From positions 4,464,001-4,528,000 of the forward strand of contig CM035352.1 of NCBI GenBank assembly GCA_020137815.1: DNA of 64,000 bases, written 5' to 3'. Numbering within the stretch: the first letter of the stretch is position 1; every line of letters begins with the position of its first letter. The stretch is from Hormiphora californensis (taxonomy: Eukaryota > Animalia > Ctenophora). Shown in pieces: positions 47,601 through 64,000 of the stretch. The translations under genes and the position numbers were made by a program. The notes under the pieces are model-generated. The model was not told the DNA's origin, ran no database searches, and was given only the letters and a program-made list of their open reading frames with translations.

Positions 47601-50600
47601 GGTAACCTTCCCTCCAACCCCCAGGGAGGGATAAACTAGACGTTGGGACCTTTTCTTGTGCTGCAGAAAGGAGTGATCCTCGAATATCTGACGGCTGTTG
47701 ATCTCCGCAACTGTAAATTTGAGGGGTTTCTGTTTGAGGCGCATCAGGTTCTCACTGAGTCTGTATGTAGAGGGAACGGCCGGGGCAACACGAAACATTT
47801 TGGGGGGATCCTTCGTCTCGTCGTCCTCCAAAGTTCTCCGTTCCAGCAACAACCGGTCTGTTCCGGGGAAACTGTGCACAGTGACACCCTGGAATACCAG
47901 CGCAAGGAATTCAGTCTTTTTAGGTTTGGTGAAGGGCTCCCCAAAACCCAGGAATAGATCTGTGTCGGGTTGGAGTTCGTGAATGTTGCGGAGAGCTTCA
48001 CCGGAGGAAAGGTAGAGGATGCTCGCTTTCTGGGTCGAACCACCTGAAAGAGGAAAGGGGTCGTGTTAGTTTGTGTGTTTAAAACTGGGTGAGTAAGATG
48101 ATTGAGACTGTGTGCTACAGTTTGACACTAAACATTTTATTTAGGATCTAGCAGCTTTGATCAGTTCAGCCATTAGTCAGAGGCCATCCTACTCTTCGAA
48201 GAATCAAATCCTAGTGTTGGGAGGCAGCCAAGCATGATTCGATCCCAAAACTTGACAGTTTGAAATCAGGATCGCGCGCACAGCGGGAAGACCCGTTACT
48301 GCGGGCCTGCCAATGTAACTCCTTACAGATGGCGAGAACGGCGCGCTACAGACATGTGCTTGTGTGTGTAGACCCCTGTCACACACACTTCATACATTGT
48401 TATACACCGGTGCTATACATTTCCAGTTAGGTGGTAGGAGTGGCCGTAAGGGGGACCGAGGGGGGTAGTTACCTAGGGAAGCTCGATGGGCCCGTTCACA
48501 TTCCTCTATCAGCCAGTCTAGCGTTGCATGGAACGTCCCGCCAGGCAGAACAACTGTTTTGGGTTCAATATCTCTCCCATTAACATGGACATTCACCTTG
48601 ATATTCGGCCTCGCTGCGGGGGGTAGTGTGTTAGGTAACAATTGGGAAAGGTATATTGATTGTAATGGGACGTTAAGTTTTCTGAGAACAACATATAATG
48701 ATAACATAATGATCTGACAAAAGCACGTTCCCTTACCAATTAATCTGCTATTTTCCCGTATCTCTGGCATGTTCTTCACTCTAAACCTCGCCTCCCCTTC
48801 ATTCTCTTCCTCATCTACATCTGCTGAGATGTTCTCTAACACCCCCTTCAGATTGGACAGTGCATCCTCCAGAGAGGTGACCCTGTCTTGGATTAGTGTG
48901 ATCCGCTCCTCAGACGCCTCTAGCTCGTACGCCTGGGCCGTGAATAGGAGGGTAATTAGTTGCTCGACCCTCTCTGCCGTGTTAGGAAATGAAAAGTAAT
49001 TATAATGAAATGTATATCATTGATGTATTGGGAATGGGAAATGTTGAGTTGTTCACTAAATTAATATTTCGCAATGAAAGTAAAATTCATGTACCGTGGG
49101 AAGGTATATTAAATGTCGGTGTTGTACCTCTCAGTGGTGAATGATATGATGATGGTATGACGTCACATGATAATGACGTCATGTGATGACGAGATATGAC
49201 GTCATATACCTTTTCCAGTTTCCCTTTATTAATCCTGATATCCTTCCTCAGGGTTTTCTGCTCTAACCTACACCAGTTATAAGCTCCAAGAAAGGAGAAC
49301 ACCTCCCCAGGTCCTTTAACCGCCCACAGGGGACCCTTCAGATGAGAACTTCCCACAACATGGGGTGCCCCCTCTCCCTCCACCAGACATGTCCCCTCCA
49401 CAGTGTACAGTGCATGTACATTCATCGCCAGGAGATCAGATGAATCTGATATCATGGTAGAGAGAGGACCCTCTGTTATTAGAACTGGAGAACGGTAGTC
49501 GCCGTTACGAAACACCGTTACTCTTTGTTTCTTGTTCTCTACTAGCCGTTGGAGTCGTTCCGAGAGGACTGGTTTGGTGCGTTGTTTAACTCCAGATACA
49601 ACAACACCATCCTTAGTCCACACCACCTGTAACAGAGAGAGAGGGAGGGGAGAGAGAGAGAGAGAGAGAGAGACGGGGTGAGAGAGAGAGGGGGTGAGAG
49701 AGAGAGGGATGAGGGAGGGAGATAGGGGGGAAAGAAGGCGGGGAGAGGGATGGGGGGAGGGGAAGAGGAATGAGGGGGTTGAGGGGGTGTGCAGGAGAGG
49801 GATTGGGAGGAGGGGGTTTTGGGGGGGAGAGAGAGGGGGGGAAGATAGGAAAGGAGGAGAGAAAGTGGAAGGAGGGAGAGGAGAAAAGCCTATTTTTGTG
49901 GGAAAATCAGAAAAACGGTGAGGGGGGGGACTAAAGGCCGGGGGGAACTCTTTGGGAAGGCCCGAGGGAAAAGAAGAGGGGTCTTTGGGGGGATTTCAAT
50001 TTTTTTCGGGGCGACCCCTGGTTGGGGTTTTTCCGGGGTCGGTTTTCGGCGGTGAGGAATCGCCACCCCTTTTTGGGCCCTTTGGGGAAAGGGGAGGGGG
50101 GAATTTGGGGGCCTGGCGGGGCTGGGGTGGGTTTGAACGAAAATGGGGCGGTTGGGGGGTCGCCCCTTGGCGAGGGAAAAGGGCAGCGGGGGGCCTTGAA
50201 GGCCCTGGGGGGGGGGTTGGGGGTGGGGGGATGGGCGGGGGGGTTGGGGAGGGGGTGAGGGGCGGGGGGGCAAGAAAAAAGGGGTTTCCGCGCCGGGATG
50301 GAGCGGTTTATGGGGGTGGGGGTGAAGGGGGTTTTAGGGTGGCCGGGTTGGTAGGGGGGTTTAGAGGGGGCCCAGGGGTTTCCCGGGTGCTGGCGGGGGG
50401 TGGGGGCCTCCGGTTTTGGCGGGGGGACCCCGGTCTGGCCGCGTTTGAGGGGGTTTGTTTTCGCCCGCGGGAAAGCCTCGGGCCCAAAATCGGGGCTCTT
50501 CTAGCCTGAAAAAATGTGGGCCTGGGGTTTTGAAGGGGGTGAAGGGGAAAAAAACTCACTCTTCAAAGGTTTTAGCCGTTTGAATGGAACGTATTTAAAG

Positions 50601-51624
50601 ATTGTTGTGAGGGAAGTTTTTTATTTTTCTTCCAACAAGTGCGGTCGACCCTTCCCATTGGGGTGACCCCTTTTAAGAAATAGAAATAAAATTTTGGGAA
50701 TGAAACCGTTTAATCAAGAAAGGGATGAAAGAGGGAGAATACTAGCATAAGTTAGTGTTTTTAAAAAATTTGAGGACGGGGAAATTTACTCGTCTTTTTG
50801 TAAACAGTTTCACGCGGAAATTTACTCTCTTCTTCCCAATCCTTTTTAAAGGGAGGTCCTGGGTTAGAGAAAAGATTTTAGGAGAAGAAGCTGAGGATAT
50901 TTTGGAAGAGGGGATGGAGAGAGAAAGATAGAGATAGAGAGATAGATGGATAGATAGAGGGGGAGATAGCGGTAGCGATAGAGGGAGAGAGAGAGAAATA
51001 GAGAGAGGGAGAACATACTTCCAGGCTTGTTGAATAAACAGATAACTGCGAGGAAGCAACAGAGTTTACTGAGCCGTGGCTATCTGACTTCTTCAATTTA
51101 GATCCACTTCTGTAAGGGGAGGTCCTGAAGGGATAGAGAACAAGTGATTAAACATGATGCAATGAAGGCCGTGTAGGGCTATTACTCTTTTACGGGGCGC
51201 GGTGAGAGAGGGCAAGATATTACACCATGTATTGGACATGTGCGTGTGTAAAACAGCACTGTGTATATTCCTTACCCTCTAGTTAGACTGGAAGTACTAG
51301 CACCACTTACCCTCTAGTTAGACTGGAAGTACTAGCACCACTTACCCTCTAGTAAGACTGGAAGTACTAGCACCACTTACCCTCTAGTTAGACTGGAAGT
51401 ACTAGCACCACTTACCCTCTAGTAAGACTGGAAGTACTAGCACCACTACCACTCTTCTTGACCCTACAACTGGTAGTGGGTCGGCCTGGTCCAGTGCTGG
51501 GTGGTCGGTTGCTCACTGCATAGGGAGATTTCGGGGGTCGAGTCTTCTTCTTCTTGTTTAGTATGCCATCCAAGTATTCTGATACGATACTCTCCTCTAG
51601 GGTTGTACACCATGTACGCGACAT
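44638..51624 (-). CDS. DCDC1: Doublecortin domain-containing protein 1-like (DCX and ricin-B lectin domains); one frameshift near 47155 and one garbled exon
   Basis: VVWTKDG..RTKPVLSERLQRL..VTVFRNG..LKGPLWAVKG and QRWGFKQE..GQWK..NPQW..SWPTNPDGERN..WPMEGLL match remembered DCDC1 segments; several DCX repeats (RLFSASGEEL..VFVSCGGEF; NLASAARRVF..VVSTGD); QxW motifs. Confidence 0.88.
49690..50900. other. Low-quality, homopolymer-inflated sequence (probable read-end/assembly artefact)
   Basis: G- and A/T-run-rich garbled text between two (AG)n tracts; remnants of an exon at ~50280-50507 lack a sensible frame. Confidence 0.75.
51270..51450. repeat. 35-bp tandem repeat x5 duplicating the first DCDC1 splice donor
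   Basis: CTTACCCTCTAGTWAGACTGGAAGTACTAGCACCA. Confidence 0.92.
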
Positions 51625-52000
51625 GGGAGAGCTATATTGAGGAAGGGTGAGTATTAGAGATTGGGGCAGGTACGCGACATGGGAGAGCTATATTGAGGAA
51701 GGGTGATTATTAGAGATTGGGGCATGTACGCGACATGGGAGAGCCATTGATGAAGAGGGGTGGGTATTAGAAATTGGGTGGGTGTTATATCTGAATGGGG
51801 CATGAACGCGACATCGAGGAAGCTAAATCGAGGAAGGGTGGTATAAGAGCTGAATGGGGCAGATAATCGTGAACAGCTGGGGACCGATATTAGGAGGGGG
51901 GATAGCAGAAATAATATTTTCCGTAACTGAACAAAAGTTGTCAAACAATTTACTCGAAATATAAACACAATTTAAAAACTAATGTACAAAATATCAAAAA

Positions 52001-53446
52001 CTAAGAACCAGCCTGTTGCAACATTTTCTCTCTCCAATCGAGGAACTCTTGATTAAAGACAGATCTGGGAGGACCGACAGCAGAGAATTTCCACAACAAG
52101 TCATCCCTCTTCTCCTCTGTCTTCCTCTTTTTCTCAATCCCACCACCTACACCAGCTCTGGAATGTATTTTAGAGGCGAGGCTCTCCTCGGCAGTTTCTT
52201 CCCTCATTTCTTTACTGAGTGTTACCATGTCTTTAGAAATTGTGTCCAATTGGGACAAAGTTAGAGAGAATGTAGAACAGAAATCCTTCTGGCTAACTTT
52301 TGATTTTGTTATCTGAAATGATTAGTATATTGGTAGATTGGTGGACGATAAATAACTTTCAGTTCATGTTAATTACATAATTACTTAATTATCCGATGAT
52401 TATTACCTTGGCGGCGGCTAACACTGCGGCACACTTGTACAGGGGGACCTCAAAATCCAATGGCTCATGGCCCATTTCAGCCTGGCGCTTGTTCAACCGT
52501 GTTGAATAGTAGGCATGGATTTTAGATGCTCTTGGTGTCAAGCCACTACAAGTGAACTGTACTCCAAGCTGATCAAATCTGGGAAATAGTTTGGTGAAGA
52601 AGCATTCGATGTTTTATAAAGGAGCATTGAAAACAGTTTTATAAAGGAGCAACTGTTACTTTATGAAGATTCCACTATTGCTAGCACTTACGAGACAAGT
52701 GTTTTAACTTTGAGTAGCGATTCAACTACTGCATACGCTGTCTTATACTGTTTTTGTGGGATACCAGCAAGCTTTAGAAGGAATGGTTTTTCCAGGGATA
52801 GGCGATTCTGTCGTGCAGCAAGCTCAATACAAATACAAACTTTAACCTGAAGAAATGAAATGATAGATGAGAAGAGTAGAGGCCGATAGAGAGAGAATTA
52901 TAGAGAGAGGGGAAGGGAGAGAGAAATAAATATAGAGAGAGAGAAGGAGAGAGATGTTGTAATTGTGTAATGTCCTAGTAGAGAAGATTGTAGTTGCTAT
53001 GGCAACTTGAACAAATATGAAGAATAGAAACTGCACTCTTATCTATCGTGTGCCGTAGACCACAGCCATATTTGGCAATTACTTAGCGGACTATTTTAGA
53101 ACTTAATGGTTGCTATAAGTGATAACCACGATTATAAGTGATAACCACGATTATAAGTGATAACGTCTATAAGTGATAACGTTTTACGTTTATGCTACTT
53201 GGGTGACCTCACAACTTATAGAGTGTAACCATGGTTACCAATTGAAGTGTAACCCTGGTTACCAATTGGAGTGTAACCCCATGGTCACCTGTTGGTTCTT
53301 ACCTGAGGGTGTTGGAGAGATGGATGATGAGTTCTCCCTCCTGCCGCACTTGTCAGTTGTCTATACAGCTGGCCAGCCCGCTCCGCTGCCTTGGTAGTTC
53401 CCAACTTCTTACAGAAGTTATCGATCATCTGTCTTTCTGCGTCCAT
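52001..53446 (-). CDS. ORC6: Origin recognition complex subunit 6 (4 coding exons)
   Basis: VCICIELAA..LEKPFLLKLAGIPQKQYKTAYAVVESLL; FDQLGVQFTC; LDFEVPLYKCAAVLAAAK; C-terminal QEFLDWREKMLQQA (cf. DYEEWKRKILENA). Confidence 0.92.
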
Positions 53447-53643
53447 ACTAACAATAATATAAATGATATCACGTCTTTATAATACGAATGGGAGGGAGAG
53501 AGAGCTAGAATTAAACAAATCGAAGTCAAAAATTACTGGATAAAATGTAGAACTTGTCACTTGGTTTATGTCAAAATAATCGCAAAAAGTTGTATTCAGG
53601 CAAAATATATTAGTTTAGCACCACCATACTGACTAAACCTATC

Positions 53644-53735
53644 CAGTCGGATCTCGATTCACCGGCCGCACGATTTACCGGACAAAATCTTTTCCCCCGA
53701 TCAGTGATCACCCCGGCAAATCTGAGTCTGACTGT
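53644..53735. mobile_element. Short Tc1/pogo-type MITE
   Basis: CAGTCGGATCTCGATT...AAATCTGAGTCTGACTG, related to 29118 and 61376. Confidence 0.65.
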
Positions 53736-54022
53736 ACATAGGTTCTACTGTAATAATTCACTACTGCTATCAACTACTTCACTACTGTGCAATAAAAAGA
53801 GAAAGATTACTTGTATTGTCTGTTACACAATTTATAACTGAATTAATAAATTGGAAGATTCGAGGTAGTACCAAAGCGAGAAAATTGAAAACCCCAACAA
53901 AATAGCGTTCTTCAAAACCAACTTGTCAAGTCCATAACAAACCAGCATGTGTCCGGCTGTTACCATGGTTACCCTTGTGACCTCAGGAAACGTTACCATA
54001 CCCATATCCTCCCTCACGGTTT

Positions 54023-55614
54023 TCAGGAAATATCCTCGTACTCTTGTTTCTTGTATTCCCCAACCCTGTTAGCTCTGTGTACCAGCTTCTTTCGCAGTTC
54101 TGCCACTTCCTCCTCTTCTACCCTCTCTTTCTCAATGTCAGCTTGTTTCTGGAATAAAGGGATTTAGAGAAAGGGGAAGGTGTGATGCGATCTATAAAAA
54201 CGTAGAGTTTGAGAAGGTGCAATCTTTAGAAAAAGTAAGGTTAGGGAAGGTGAGATGCGATTTTTGAAAAGGGAAGGTGCGATCTTTAGAATCACACGTG
54301 TAGTTTTTATACCTTCATTAGTTCGTGATTTTGCCGTTGTTCCTGAAGTTCGATATCAAATTTCTTCCTCTCATTACCTCTCTTCTCACTATGCAAGTTG
54401 AACTCCTCCACTTTGCAATACCTGAGAAGGTGTGGCAGTTTCAGTAACTACTTTGGTCGCGATCAAAGAAAAGCTCATAATCGGATTGCTCTTCACGATC
54501 TTGGCAACTTTTTACCATTATTTGACTTTCTTACACAGTACTTGTATACTACCAAATGAATCCTCCAAATGAAACATATACCTGCTATCTTTGACTGGTA
54601 CAAATGGTTCTTCGAAGATGGCGTGGGGGTACTGAGCTTTGAACTCCTTCATTTTGGCTAAATCTTCGTTCTCTTTTTCTAGCCTGAACAAAAGAGGATC
54701 TTACTCATCAAGTTGAAATAAACTCCAAACAAGAAGCCACAATAATAGAAGTCAAAACCAACACAATATCACAATTGAAGGCATACAGGGTTAGGACCTC
54801 TATTTCCATACCTTTCTTTCTGGTTTCTCAGTTTTTCCTCGTATGCATCAGGTTTAGATATGTTGAAAGGTACCACTTTGGTACACGCCTTACTAAGATT
54901 CTTATCGACCTGGAAACCCTCAGTCTCGTACAGGGGCTGAGCCTTGAACTCTCTCTTCTTCTTCTCTTCCTCAATCTGTTCCTTTAGCAACTTCTCTCTC
55001 ACCTCTGTAGGCTTGGGGTCCCTGTTCTCAAATGAAAACGGCACTGGTTTGGTGATACGCGACTCTTTCTTGGCAACCTCAAATACTTTCTGGAGGTCAG
55101 GCAGGGGGAGGGCCTTTAGTCGCTTCATTGCCGTGTTACTACCCTTCTTCCCCTTTGTCTTGTCCTTAGCTTTACTAATTCCCGTGGTTTTGGCGGTTTT
55201 ACGCTTTAGTGCAGTCGGAGTTTTGGGTTGTGTTGTGCCTTTAGTTTTCCGTTTCGGTACGCCCGATACCCCGCCGCTGAAGGTCGAATTTGGTGGTGGT
55301 CTGGCTCTAAACTTATATCTGTAACAAGTTATACGGGGTTAGTGATTGACTAGCAGTGTTGCAACTTGCAAGTATTCAAAATGGTAATAAAGAATGATCT
55401 AGAAGTAAGTTACAGTTGCTCACGCCTCACACCGCATTTTATTTGTGAAGGTAGATCAAGTAATTTGAGCTCACTTTTTCATTTCCTCATACTCCTCCCT
55501 CTCTTTGTCCTCCTGACTGGGGATGTGGTAGTTCCTGTTCCGCCCTGTCGTCCGCAGGTTAGGTGACACAGGCATTGTCAGCGCCTTGATTCTACTAGAC
55601 CTCCTTAGTTCCAT
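54023..55614 (-). CDS. TPX2: TPX2-like microtubule-associated protein, short form (5 coding exons)
   Basis: LTMPVSPNLRT; YKFRARP; LKALPLPD; PFSFENRD; FKAQP; EEPFVP; FNLHSEKRGNERKKFD; EVAELRKKLVHRAN. Confidence 0.88.
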
Positions 55615-56005
55615 ATCCGGCTATCATGGGGTGGTTTTGAAGTTAGGAGAGATTCATCCAGTAAGATAAAATGAAACATCATTTTAAAAAGATAAAAGCA
55701 ATAATAAATGAAATACACACAGTCACAATCTCTGACTCGAGAATCACAATCTCTCAAGAGTTACAATCAAAAGAAGAAACAACCAAAAGAAATAATTCAC
55801 ATCCCACACACATGTATACTCAAATCTCAAAAAAGAACACACACAATCCTTTACGAGCTACCAGCGCCCGATCGAGAAGCGGTACAACTCACGATTGACA
55901 GCCTGCATAGCAAAATAATAATAATATCCAGCGGATATCCACTGCATAGCATACCCAGTGGATAATCCAATTGATAATATATCCAGTCCAATACAGTTTC
56001 ACAGC

Positions 56006-64000
<7,995 letters not shown>

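Noticed and set aside
47744-48043. Apparent second frameshift in DCDC1
   Set aside because: The exon reads in another frame (GGSTQKASILYLSSGEALRNIHELQPDTDLFLGFGEPF) that is continuous with the 47879 ORF.
49694-50559. Gly/Pro-rich ORFs and G-quadruplex-like tract
   Set aside because: Looks like degraded read sequence with inflated homopolymers, replacing a DCDC1 exon.

Overview
Gene-dense, intron-rich animal genomic DNA. It is probably a ctenophore (Pleurobrachia-like); this is an inference from compact introns, nested genes and the MITE families. Host genes in order: a CatSper-gamma-like subunit (-), a coiled-coil/Pro-rich protein with a Phe/Gly-cluster tail resembling synaptonemal SIX6OS1 (-), myosin VI (+), a divergent homeobox gene (+), DCDC1-like (-), ORC6 (-), a short TPX2-like gene (-) and an MFSD9-like transporter (-, 5' partial). 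An apparently intact ~10 kb RTEX-like non-LTR retrotransposon lies between the SIX6OS1-like gene and MYO6. Its very large ORF1 has a candidate degenerate AlkB-like domain plus an SGNH esterase-like domain, and an ordered array of hairpin repeats with a compensatory change starts at the RT stop codon. Introns hold at least three candidate nested genes: a 54-aa transmembrane micropeptide, a 128-aa secreted peptide precursor and a MATH-BTB protein. There are also several MITE families, a ~1.5 kb inverted element pair bracketing the last MYO6 exons, and many tandem repeats that duplicate splice junctions. All assignments come from manual motif recognition; no database searches were run. Multi-exon CDS coordinates give gene spans.
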